From an uncultured Pseudomonadota bacterium (GTDB lineage Bacteria > Pseudomonadota > Gammaproteobacteria > Steroidobacterales > Steroidobacteraceae), in contig CAIUGU010000039.1 of NCBI GenBank assembly GCA_903898785.1, positions 13,176-77,175 of the forward strand: a DNA stretch of 64,000 bases, written 5' to 3'. Under the pieces are notes generated by a model that saw only the letters and a list, made by a program, of their open reading frames with translations, made no database searches and was not told the origin of the DNA. Positions within the stretch are counted from its first letter, which is position 1, and every line of letters begins with the position of its first letter. A program made the translations under genes and the position numbers. This document shows positions 9,394 through 18,257 of the stretch, in pieces.

Positions 9394-10381
9394 GCCGCGC
9401 CTTCTTGGCGATCAGCAGCCAGTGCGGGCACTTCGTCTTGTTGTCGTAGAGGATCTCGCAGTCGTCGCAGCGGACGCACTCAGACTTGATGATCATCCGC
9501 TTGCGGATCGCTCCCCACTCGCAGGTCTTCTCGCAGAGCTTGCAGGAGCTGCACTCCGACCAGCGCTTGATCTTGAATACCGTGGTCACGCTGGCGACGA
9601 GGCCGAGTGCGGCGCCGAGCGGGCAAAGGAAACGGCAGTAGAGGTTGCGGATGAAGACCGTGGCCAGCAGCAGCACGCCGAGCCCGATCCACAGTACCGT
9701 CGATGCCTCGAACGTGAACATCCAGAAAGGTTCGATGTAGCGGTAGAACGCGATTTCGCCGGTAGCGAAGAAGGCGCCGATGGCCGCGAACAGGATGCCG
9801 TATTTGATGTAGCCGGCGCGGCGCTCGAGAGCCGGTGGAATCTCGATCCTGAGCCTGGCAGGCAGCACCGCATCCATCAGCTGCGTAAATGCGCCGTATG
9901 CGCAGATGCGGCCGCAGTACAGCCGGCCCCACAGGACGGTAGTCACGGCCGTGAAGATCGCGAACGCATACCACGCCATGCTGTGCGAGAAGATCGGCAG
10001 GTTCCCGACCAGTACGCCGAAGATGTTGACGACCGAAATCAGCTGGCTCTTGTAGAACCCCATGTACGCGACGGAAACGACGAGCGTGACGTACTTGAGC
10101 GGAATGCTCTTGCGGAAGAAGCTGACCATTGCGAGCGCGGCAAACGCCGCGAACAGGGCAATGTCGAGCGCCTGCTCCTTCGCGAGCTGCGCCAGCGTCG
10201 GTTCCGCTTCGTCGACTTCCTCGAAGTCCCAGCCGTCGGCAGCGGCGCCCGCGTCCGTCGCGGCCGCGGCTTCGGTCGCGGGCTCTGCCTGCGCGAATGC
10301 ACTGTCGCTGAACGCCAGCGTGCACAGCATCAACGTCAGGACCAGGGCGAGAGCCCCGCGCAGCGAGTCGGGCAGCGTCAT
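9317..10381 (-). CDS. NapH/NosR-type integral-membrane polyferredoxin (4Fe-4S binding)
   Basis: ORF 9317..10945 trimmed to the ATG at 10381 (MTLPDSLRGALALV...), 2 nt after the upstream stop. CX3C motifs CGRICAYG and CRFLCPLG lie between TM helices. The C-terminus carries CSSCKLCEKTCEWG and CVRCDDCEILYDNKTKCP ferredoxin motifs. Confidence 0.8.
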   Translation of the reverse strand: MTLPDSLRGALALVLTLMLCTLAFSDSAFAQAEPATEAAAATDAGAAADGWDFEEVDEAEPTLAQLAKEQALDIALFAAFAALAMVSFFRKSIPLKYVTLVVSVAYMGFYKSQLISVVNIFGVLVGNLPIFSHSMAWYAFAIFTAVTTVLWGRLYCGRICAYGAFTQLMDAVLPARLRIEIPPALERRAGYIKYGILFAAIGAFFATGEIAFYRYIEPFWMFTFEASTVLWIGLGVLLLATVFIRNLYCRFLCPLGAALGLVASVTTVFKIKRWSECSSCKLCEKTCEWGAIRKRMIIKSECVRCDDCEILYDNKTKCPHWLLIAKKARLMARQQVAKVLSGDPAGQTTPAPRS

Positions 10382-10383
10382 GC

Positions 10384-10914
10384 CTATTTCTTTTCGGGCG
10401 GTGTGAGCAGCTGGCGCGCAATGCGGCGGGCGCTGTTGCGGACAGCACGGCTCGCAGACGTCACGCTGATGGTGGCACGCGAGATGGCATCGATGTCCTG
10501 GCCGACCTTGAACGGATCGCGGATGTTCTTGCCCTTGAACTGCGCGGCGAAGGCAGGCGTGTCCACCGAGAAGTCGCCGTAGGGTTCGCGATGCTCGGTG
10601 ACCACGACGCCCTGGAGGATGCCCGTGGTATCCATGCCGACCAGCATCTTGATCGGGCCGTCGAAGGCGCGCTCCAGCGGTTCGAGTTCCGTGGTCCACC
10701 ATGCGAGGCCAATCAGCTTGGCTTCCTGTCCCTTCGGTGCGGCCGCATACACCTTGTAATGCGGCGGGCTGCCCTCCTTGTTCGAGAAAGTCGCCGCGTC
10801 CGGGAAGATGACCTTCAGTTGCGACTTGACCACGGGGTCCATCGGCGGCTGTGCCTGGCCCATGGCAACGGGAATGCACAGGAAACCCAAGGCGGCGAGA
10901 AATACGGTGCGCAA
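10384..10914 (-). CDS. secreted FMN-binding (FMN_bind) domain protein, predicted ApbE substrate
   Basis: ORF 10384..11799 is mostly shadow. The probable TTG start at 10914 (AAGGGG 9 nt upstream) gives signal peptide (M)RTVFLAALGFLCIPVAMG. DAISRATIS fits the flavinylation motif Dxx(S/T)xA(T/S). The start codon is uncertain. Confidence 0.7.
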   Translation of the reverse strand: MRTVFLAALGFLCIPVAMGQAQPPMDPVVKSQLKVIFPDAATFSNKEGSPPHYKVYAAAPKGQEAKLIGLAWWTTELEPLERAFDGPIKMLVGMDTTGILQGVVVTEHREPYGDFSVDTPAFAAQFKGKNIRDPFKVGQDIDAISRATISVTSASRAVRNSARRIARQLLTPPEKK

Positions 10915-11013
10915 GACGGAATACCCCTTCGTGAAGAGCGCGCATGATGACGGTCGCGCCGTTCGCCGGTCAACCGCCGCTGCGCCCGCTCTCTGGACAA
11001 CGCAAAACATGCT

Positions 11014-11019
11014 TATAAT
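11014..11019 (+). promoter_or_regulatory. perfect TATAAT -10 hexamer placing +1 on the A of the ATG at 11026 (leaderless-type arrangement)
   Basis: gcTTATAATcgcgccATG. The hexamer ends 6 nt before the ATG, there is no Shine-Dalgarno, and a TGGACA -35-like box lies only 13 nt upstream (suboptimal spacing). Confidence 0.4.
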
Positions 11020-11025
11020 CGCGCC

Positions 11026-11499
11026 ATGAAAATCACAGCCCTGCCCCTTGTCGTCGCACTCGCCGCGTTCAGCATCAGCCGTTCGGAGGGCGCTGCGGCG
11101 CCGGCAACGGTGTACGAACGGCTTGCCGCTGCCACCAGCCTCGAGTGCCGGTTCACCACCGTGGCGGCCAGCAGCTGGGAGAACGGCGTCCCCAAGACCG
11201 AACTCCTTCCCAAGGAGCTCAAGCTCACGTTCGACAAGGTGAACGTGGACGAAGGCACCGCGGATGCCAACAGCCAGTTCGGCGACTTCTACGTGGCCGT
11301 CCGCTTCTCGAACGGGTACCTGCACCTCATGCAGATGTTCAGTTCCGGGCCGCTGTACACCACCACGGTCATGGCGCGGGAGACGACCGATGGACGCATG
11401 ATGGCGATCCATACCCGCCACGAGTACACGCCCGCCACCGTCCCGGGCTTCACGTCCCGTCCCGAAACCTATTTTGGAGACTGTGCGATCGGCAATTAG
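11026..11499 (+). CDS. hypothetical secreted protein
   Basis: ATG ORF with signal peptide MKITALPLVVALAAFSISRSEGA and two Cys residues. No family recognised. Confidence 0.6.
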   Translation: MKITALPLVVALAAFSISRSEGAAAPATVYERLAAATSLECRFTTVAASSWENGVPKTELLPKELKLTFDKVNVDEGTADANSQFGDFYVAVRFSNGYLHLMQMFSSGPLYTTTVMARETTDGRMMAIHTRHEYTPATVPGFTSRPETYFGDCAIGN

Positions 11500-11853
11500 G
11501 TTCCTCGTGACGCCGCTGGCCGTGCTCGTGGCCGGTCCGCGTCGGGTTCCATGACCGAGAGCTGACAGTCGATCGCGGGATCGTCTTGCCCGTGCGGCAC
11601 CCCGGGTCGCGTCGCCCATCGTATCCAGGAAATGGTGGACAGGCTGACGCTCGCCACGAGCGTGCAAGCTCAAGTGTGCGCCGCAGCAATGCTGCGTTGC
11701 AGCGCAGTCCTCCGTCCCCCCGTTACGTAGAACCCCGTTTGCCCGAGCGGGAAACTCTTCCGGGTAGCACTTGACTCGCGACCGTTCCCGCCCGCACATT
11801 CACGGCTCGTCGTTTTTCCACTACAAGAACATTTGTCCGCAGCGGGGGATGTC

Positions 11854-13464
11854 ATGCAGTCACGCCTGACCGGTCTTGTCGTACTCATGATGGCGTCGCT
11901 CGTTGCGCACGCCGATGCCGCTCCCCTGGCCGATGCTGCCGAACAGCAGAACTGGGCAGCCATCGCGGGCCTGCTCCAGCCTGGCGTGGACGTCAACGCC
12001 CCGCAGGCCGACGGCTCTACCGCGCTGCTGTGGGCCACGCACTTCGACAACGCTGCCACGGTTGCAGCCCTGCTTGATAAGGGCGCCAACGCCAACGCCA
12101 AGAACCGCTATGGCATCACGCCGCTGGCCGAAGCCGCGCAGAACGGCAATGCGGCCATCGTCGAGCGCCTGCTGGCCGCTGGCGCTGACGCCAATGCCGC
12201 ACTCCCTGAGGGCGATACCCCGCTGATGATCGCCTCGCGCACCGGGAATGCGGCCGTCGTCAAGTTGCTGCTGGCCCGCGGTGCGGCGGTCGATGCGCGC
12301 GACGCCTGGCATGGCGAAACGGCACTGATGTGGGCAGCCGGCGAGAACAATGCCGAAGTCGTGAGCCTGCTCGTCAAGGCTGGCGCCGACTTGAACGCCA
12401 AGGCCATCGCGTTCGACTGGAAGGGCATCAAGCATGGCGGCGTGCAGTCCCAGTTGCCGGCAGGCGGCCTAACCCCGTTGCTGCAGGCCGCGCGCCAGAA
12501 CTCCGTTGAAGCCGCTGCTGCGCTGCTTGCGGCGGGTGCGGATCCCAACCTCAAGGACCCGCAAGGCATCAGCCCGTTGCGCGTCGCGATCAGCAATGGC
12601 CACCTCGACCTCGCCAGGCACATGCTCGAAGCCGGCGCGGATCCGAACGAGGGCGGCCTCGTCGAGGCAGTGAAGTACCGCACCACGCCGATGATGCGCG
12701 CTGCGAACAATCGCGAGAACGCGATGACGACGCTCGACCTGATCAACCTGCTGTTTGCAAAAGGCGCCAAGGCCGATTCGCTGGCCTCTGTCGGCTTGCC
12801 GAAGAAGGACGCCTTTGAAGCGGGCAGCCCGGCCGGCGTCTCGCCGTCGGAGACTGCACTGTATCTGGCTGCCGGCGCCCAGGACACCGAACTGATGCGG
12901 CTGATGATCGCGAAGGGTGCGAACGTCAACCACGCGACCGACAAGGGCTGGACGCCGCTCATGGTGTCGGTGGGCAGGACCACCAAGCGTCCTGCAATGG
13001 CGGGTGCCACGTTGACCAACCTGAAGCCGGCCGCGAAGCGGATCGAAGCCGCGACGTTGCTGCTTGATCACGGCGCGAAGATCAATGCGGGCGACAAGAC
13101 CGGCATCACCACGCTGCACGCGATGGCAGGGCAGGGCGAGGACGCGGTCGTCGAGTTCCTCGTCGGCCACGGCGCGAAGCTGGACCTCAGGGACAACAGC
13201 AACCGGATGGCGCTGGACGTCGCCCGGGCCATCCCCATCGTGCCGCCTGCAGGAACGGAACTGTCCACGGATCCGCGCGACGCGCCGCCGTTCCAGAAGA
13301 ACACGGTCGAGCTGCTCGGCAAGCTCATGGCGAGCAACAACGTCAAGGAAGTACCTTACGTACGGCCCGCCGCACCGGGAGAGGCCAAGCCGGCAGCGAA
13401 GGTCGCTGGTAACGACGGCGCCGCTCCCAAGAAGCCCGTCACGGCCATCATTCTCCGGGATTAG
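11854..13464 (+). CDS. exported ankyrin-repeat protein (about 12 ANK repeats)
   Basis: ORF 11833..13464, ATG at 11854 after GGGGGA. Signal peptide MQSRLTGLVVLMMASLVAHA. Repeated G.TPL..A...G....V..LL..GAD.NA units run throughout. Confidence 0.9.
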   Translation: MQSRLTGLVVLMMASLVAHADAAPLADAAEQQNWAAIAGLLQPGVDVNAPQADGSTALLWATHFDNAATVAALLDKGANANAKNRYGITPLAEAAQNGNAAIVERLLAAGADANAALPEGDTPLMIASRTGNAAVVKLLLARGAAVDARDAWHGETALMWAAGENNAEVVSLLVKAGADLNAKAIAFDWKGIKHGGVQSQLPAGGLTPLLQAARQNSVEAAAALLAAGADPNLKDPQGISPLRVAISNGHLDLARHMLEAGADPNEGGLVEAVKYRTTPMMRAANNRENAMTTLDLINLLFAKGAKADSLASVGLPKKDAFEAGSPAGVSPSETALYLAAGAQDTELMRLMIAKGANVNHATDKGWTPLMVSVGRTTKRPAMAGATLTNLKPAAKRIEAATLLLDHGAKINAGDKTGITTLHAMAGQGEDAVVEFLVGHGAKLDLRDNSNRMALDVARAIPIVPPAGTELSTDPRDAPPFQKNTVELLGKLMASNNVKEVPYVRPAAPGEAKPAAKVAGNDGAAPKKPVTAIILRD

Positions 13465-13467
13465 CCG

Positions 13468-15888
13468 ATGAGCAAGATGCAATTCAGGACCGCGTCGGCC
13501 GCACTGCTGCTCGCCGGCTGGACGATGGTTCCCGGTGCCCAGGCCGCGGAGAAGAACGAACGCTGGGACATGCTCGACAAGTACTGCGTGCGTTGCCACA
13601 ACGACATCGAGTTCAAGGGCAAGACGTCATTCGAGGCGCTGAACCTCGACGACCTGCACTCCGATGCGAAGACCTGGGAAGGTATTGCCCGCAAGCTGCG
13701 CCTCGGCTCGATGCCGCCCCGAGATGTCGACCAGCCGGAACGTCAGCAGGTCATGAAGTTCGTGAATGCGCTCGAGACCGACCTCGACGTGGCCGCCAGG
13801 GCGAAGCCGAACACGGGAGCGCCGACGCTGCACCGGTTGAACCGCACCGAATACGCCAATGCCATCCGGGATGTGCTCGGCCTTGCGATCGACCCGGCCG
13901 GCCTGATTCCGCCCGACGATTCGTCCGGCGGTTTCGACAACATGGCGCAGGTCCTCACCATCACGCCCGCGCTGCTCGAGGGCTACTTGTCGGCGTCCGC
14001 CAAGGTGGCGGCGATGGCCATCGGCGACCCGGCGATCCGCCCGGTCTTCGCGACGTATCGCGCCAAGGCGGACCAGTCGCAGGATTCGGCGGTCGAGGGG
14101 GCTCCGCTTGGAACCATGGGCGGCCTCGTGATCGATCATTACTTCCCGCTGGACGGCGAGTACCTGTTCGAGCCGAAGCTGTATCGCGGCATCCTGGCGA
14201 TGGTGCGGGGCCTCGAGACGCCGAACACGCTCGAGATCACCATCGACAAGCAGCGGATTCACGTGGCCAATTTCGGCGGCCACGAGGACAACGTGAAGTC
14301 GCATGCGAACGCCTACGCCACCGCAGACGAAGTGGATGGCCGCCTGTCCGTGCGCGTACCGGTCAAAGCCGGCCCCCACCGCATCACGGTCACGTTCCTG
14401 CGCAAGCCGCTCGTGCAGTCCGCCGAAGTGTGGCAGCAGTACCAGCGCACGCTCATCGACAGCAACGAGGACAAGGGCACCCCGCATCTCGACAAGGTGA
14501 ACATCGTCGGTCCTTACAACGCGGCCGGTGCGGGCGCAACGCCGAGCAGGCAGAAGATCTTCACGTGCCGGCCGGAATCGGCAGCGAAGGAGCAGGCGTG
14601 CGCCACCGAGATCGTCTCGACGCTGTCGCGCCGTGCATGGCGTCGCCCGGTCGAGAAGGCCGAGGTGGCCGAACTCCTGTCGTTCTACAAGCTCGGTCGG
14701 GAGTCGGGCTCCTTCGACAACGGCATCGAGATCGCGATTCGCCGCATCATCTCCGGCCCGGAATTCCTGTTCCGCGCCGAGGCTGACCCGCCCGGGCTCA
14801 AGCCCGGAACGCCGTATCGGATCGGCGACCTCGAACTGGCGTCGCGGCTGTCGTTCTTCCTGTGGAGCACGGTGCCGGATGAGGAACTCGTCGCCATCGC
14901 CAGCAAGGGCAAGCTCAGGAACCCGAAGGTACTCAAGGCGCAGGTGCAGCGCATGCTGGCGGACCCGAAGTCCGGCACGCTGGTGACCAACTTCGCCTCG
15001 CAGTGGCTGACGCTGCGCAACCTGCAGAGCGTGGTGCCGGACCCCGCGCTGTTCCCGGACTTCGACAACAACCTCCGCGAAGGCTTCATCCAGGAGACGG
15101 AAATGCTCGTGGAGAGCGTCATCCGGGAGGACCGCAACGTCGTCGACCTCCTGAATGCCGACTACACCTTCGTCAACGAACGGCTGGCGCGGCACTACGG
15201 TATTCCGGGCGTCTACGGCACCCGCTTCCGCCGGGTTCCGATCACCGACGAGGCGCGCCGCGGCTTGTTGGGACAGGGGAGCTTCCTGACGCTGACGTCG
15301 GTGGCGACCCGGACCTCGGCCGTCCAGCGTGGCAAGTGGGTGCTCACGAACCTGCTGGCGAGCCCGCCGCCCGCCCCGCCCCCGAACGTGCCTGCACTTG
15401 AGGCGAGCGCAGGCGGCGAACCGAAGACGCTGCGCGAACAGCTGTCGGCGCATCGTGCCGATCCGGTGTGCTCCGCCTGCCACAAGGTCATGGACCCGAT
15501 CGGTTTCTCGCTCGAGAACTACGACGCCGTTGGCCGGTGGCGTGACAAGGACAAGGGCCTCAAGATCGATGCCACCGACGTCGTGTTCGACGGCAGCGAA
15601 GTCGGCGGGGCTTCGGGCCTGCGCAATTTCCTGCTCGGCAAACAGGACATGTTCGTGCGGGCGTTGACCGAAAAGATGATGAGCTTCGCGCTCGGCCGGG
15701 AGGTCGATTACTACGACATGCCTGCCGTGCGGACCATCTTGCGCGACGCTGCGGCGCAGCAAAATCGGTTTTCTGCGATTGTGATGGGCATTGTCACCAG
15801 CGATGCGTTTATGATGCGCACAGTCGCAGCCCGACCCGACGGCGTCCTGACCACGTCAACCGGGCCCGAGACGAGCATAGGCCGTTAA
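13468..15888 (+). CDS. DUF1592/DUF1595/DUF1587/DUF1588/DUF1585-type protein with two CXXCH haem-c motifs
   Basis: The ATG is 3 nt after the ankyrin stop. Signal peptide ...VPGAQA. CVRCH near the N-terminus and CSACHKVMDPIGF near the C-terminus, the architecture of planctomycete-type PSD/PSCyt proteins. Confidence 0.8.
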   Translation: MSKMQFRTASAALLLAGWTMVPGAQAAEKNERWDMLDKYCVRCHNDIEFKGKTSFEALNLDDLHSDAKTWEGIARKLRLGSMPPRDVDQPERQQVMKFVNALETDLDVAARAKPNTGAPTLHRLNRTEYANAIRDVLGLAIDPAGLIPPDDSSGGFDNMAQVLTITPALLEGYLSASAKVAAMAIGDPAIRPVFATYRAKADQSQDSAVEGAPLGTMGGLVIDHYFPLDGEYLFEPKLYRGILAMVRGLETPNTLEITIDKQRIHVANFGGHEDNVKSHANAYATADEVDGRLSVRVPVKAGPHRITVTFLRKPLVQSAEVWQQYQRTLIDSNEDKGTPHLDKVNIVGPYNAAGAGATPSRQKIFTCRPESAAKEQACATEIVSTLSRRAWRRPVEKAEVAELLSFYKLGRESGSFDNGIEIAIRRIISGPEFLFRAEADPPGLKPGTPYRIGDLELASRLSFFLWSTVPDEELVAIASKGKLRNPKVLKAQVQRMLADPKSGTLVTNFASQWLTLRNLQSVVPDPALFPDFDNNLREGFIQETEMLVESVIREDRNVVDLLNADYTFVNERLARHYGIPGVYGTRFRRVPITDEARRGLLGQGSFLTLTSVATRTSAVQRGKWVLTNLLASPPPAPPPNVPALEASAGGEPKTLREQLSAHRADPVCSACHKVMDPIGFSLENYDAVGRWRDKDKGLKIDATDVVFDGSEVGGASGLRNFLLGKQDMFVRALTEKMMSFALGREVDYYDMPAVRTILRDAAAQQNRFSAIVMGIVTSDAFMMRTVAARPDGVLTTSTGPETSIGR

Positions 15889-15972
15889 GTTGGCCGACGA
15901 CGATTCGATAAAGATAATGCGCTGACTGATTCGAGATCGATTGGCCTTGCAGGCGAGAGAGGATCCGCAGAC

Positions 15973-17307
15973 ATGTTTATCACCAAGAAGCACCTGGACC
16001 GGCGTACGTTCCTTCGCGGCGCGGCGGGAGTCGGTATTGCCCTGCCCCTGCTCGACGCGATGGTTCCCGCTGCAGTGGCCGAGTCGCTCACGGCAGCGAA
16101 GGCGCAGATGCGCGCCGCGTTCGTGTACACGCCGCACGGCGTGATCCTGGGCGAATGGGTGCCCAAGACCACCGGCAAGGACTACGCAATGACGTCGATC
16201 CTGTCGCCGCTCGAGCGGTACCGCGAGCGCATGACGATCTTCAGCAACCTCGCACTCAATCCCAAGAACACCGCCGGCTCGGGCCATGCGAGCGCCAGTG
16301 CCACGTGGCTGAGTTCCGCCGTTGCCAAGGACACGAAGGGCGCCGACGTGGAGTCCGGTGTCACGATCGACCAGATGATTGCCGCCAAGATCGGCCAGGA
16401 CACGCCTTTCCCGTCGCTGGAACTCGGCATCGAGGACACGTCGAACATGGTCGGCGTCTGCGATGGCACCAGCAGTTGCGGGTATCTCAACACGATCTCA
16501 TGGCGCACGCCGACCCAGCCGCTGCCGATGGAGATCAATCCGCGCGCAGTGTTCGAACGCATGTTCGGCGATGGCAGCTCGCCCCAGCAGCGCGCCGCGC
16601 GTGCGAAGGCCGACCGCAGCCTGCTCGATTCGGTGAATCGCTCGGCCGCGAAGTTGCAGCAGTCGCTTGGCGGTGCGGACCGCGCGCGCGTCAGCAGCTA
16701 TCTCGAGAATGTCCGCGAAGTGGAACGCCGCATCGTGAACCTGGAGAAGCGCACGTCGGACGAGCGGCTCGACATCCCGGACGCGCCGGTCGAGATCCCG
16801 CAGCTCTATGAAGACCACGTCAACCTGATGTTCGAGCTGCAGCTGCTCGCGTTCCAGACCGACATGACCCGCGTGAGCACGTTCATGATGTCGCGCGAGC
16901 TGAACAACCGGACGTACCCGCAGATCGGTGTTCCCGACCAGCACCATGCGACGTCACACCACGGCAACAAGCCGGAAAAGGTGGCGCAGCACGCCAAGAT
17001 CAACACGTACCACGTGGGGCTCTTTGCCGGGTTCCTCGACCGCCTGGCCAAGACGCAGGACGGCAACGGCAGCCTGCTCGACCACACCATGATCCTCTAC
17101 GGGAGCGGCATGGGCGAAGGCAACGTGCACAGCCACGATCCGATCTCGAACCTGCTGGTCGGCGGTGCCATCGGCCGTCACCAGGGTGGCCAGCACGTCC
17201 AGGCGGCCCCGCGCACACCGATGGGCAACCTGCTGCTCACGATGCTGCACAAGGCCGAAATTGAGGCTCCGAGCATCGGTGACAGCACCGGGACCTTCTC
17301 GGTCTGA
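15973..17307 (+). CDS. DUF1552 (HXXSHH family) protein with Tat signal
   Basis: N-terminus MFITKKHLDRRTFLRGAAGVGIALPLLDAM (twin-arginine). HHATSHHGN matches the HXXSHH family signature. This family is the usual partner of DUF1592 proteins. Confidence 0.85.
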   Translation: MFITKKHLDRRTFLRGAAGVGIALPLLDAMVPAAVAESLTAAKAQMRAAFVYTPHGVILGEWVPKTTGKDYAMTSILSPLERYRERMTIFSNLALNPKNTAGSGHASASATWLSSAVAKDTKGADVESGVTIDQMIAAKIGQDTPFPSLELGIEDTSNMVGVCDGTSSCGYLNTISWRTPTQPLPMEINPRAVFERMFGDGSSPQQRAARAKADRSLLDSVNRSAAKLQQSLGGADRARVSSYLENVREVERRIVNLEKRTSDERLDIPDAPVEIPQLYEDHVNLMFELQLLAFQTDMTRVSTFMMSRELNNRTYPQIGVPDQHHATSHHGNKPEKVAQHAKINTYHVGLFAGFLDRLAKTQDGNGSLLDHTMILYGSGMGEGNVHSHDPISNLLVGGAIGRHQGGQHVQAAPRTPMGNLLLTMLHKAEIEAPSIGDSTGTFSV

Positions 17308-17323
17308 CAGTCAGCGCATGACA

Positions 17324-17361
17324 TCCCGCCTCCTCGACAAGGGGAGGCGGGATTTTTTTTT
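17324..17361 (+). terminator. rho-independent terminator after the DUF1552 gene
   Basis: Perfect 10-bp stem TCCCGCCTCC/GGAGGCGGGA, 9-nt loop, then nine T residues. It lies between convergent genes. Confidence 0.85.
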
Positions 17362-17374
17362 GGCTGTGTAGCCG

Positions 17375-18058
17375 TCAGCCTGTCGCGACGCGGTCGTAGA
17401 GGCGCTTCATCCGGACCGATGGCAGCCCGCCTCCGGATACCGTGGTAGTAATCTGCAGCCGCCGGTCCGGTGCGAAGCCGAACAGGTGCTCGATGCGCCG
17501 GCCGTCCGTAGCCCAGATCGAGACCACGAGCTGCGCCCCGGACCAGCCGACGCTCTGGTCGCCCAAGCCGTCCACGATCGACACGACGGACGCTTCGCCA
17601 AAGACATACCTGCGGGTGCCATCCACGCCCTTCGTGGTCAGTTCCCGTGCCGACTGCGTCAACGTGAGTTCGTCAGGCTGGGAGAGCAGCGCGATCAGTT
17701 CCTTTGTGCGGGGCGGCCCCACGAACTCGTCTCGCCGGCTGCGCACTCGAGCGCCGTCTTCGCCGGCCGACTCAGGCATGCGTCGACGCAGCGGCGGATC
17801 GAGTTCGTCCTTGACTGCGGCCAGCAGCGTGTCGAGTCGGTCGCTCTGGCTCGTGTTCAGTCGCCACTGGCCGGACAGGTCGATGCCTTGCGGTACCCGG
17901 GGACTCGAGGGCGCCACCGTGCAGCCTGTCAGCAGCAAACCGGCAACCATGGCCAGCGCCCCGGCCACGCGGAACCGGGCGCACCGCTGCCCGGACGCGC
18001 TGGAGAGGACGTCCGCTTGGCTCGCGTTCGAGGCCAGGTCTGTCTGTCGTCGGTCCAT
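17375..18058 (-). CDS. hypothetical lipoprotein
   Basis: ORF 17375..18076. An ATG at 18058 or 18076 is possible. Lipobox LLLTGC. No family recognised. Confidence 0.55.
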   Translation of the reverse strand: MDRRQTDLASNASQADVLSSASGQRCARFRVAGALAMVAGLLLTGCTVAPSSPRVPQGIDLSGQWRLNTSQSDRLDTLLAAVKDELDPPLRRRMPESAGEDGARVRSRRDEFVGPPRTKELIALLSQPDELTLTQSARELTTKGVDGTRRYVFGEASVVSIVDGLGDQSVGWSGAQLVVSIWATDGRRIEHLFGFAPDRRLQITTTVSGGGLPSVRMKRLYDRVATG

Positions 18059-18257
18059 TGCGTCGCCACCCGTCATCGGTTGCCAAGAGACTGGCCACGG
18101 AGTCTAAGCCAATCCATGACGGATCGAAGCCCCGACGGGACGCGGCACGCACCAAGGAGGGGCCATGAGCGCACGAGCCATCGGGAACTGGCGTACGAGC
18201 GTGTGCAGGCATAGAGTGCTGCGACTGAATAGTCGCCGTTGCGGCTGGGAGAGGTTC

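Noticed and set aside
11718-11729. 12-mer CCCCGTTACGTA shared by the upstream regions of the ankyrin operon (11718..11729) and the DUF5658 gene (36189..36200).
   Set aside because: It is only one short exact match, with different distances to the start codons (about 125 and 45 nt) and no convincing -35/-10 or dyad context. It may be chance, and would need genome-wide motif statistics.
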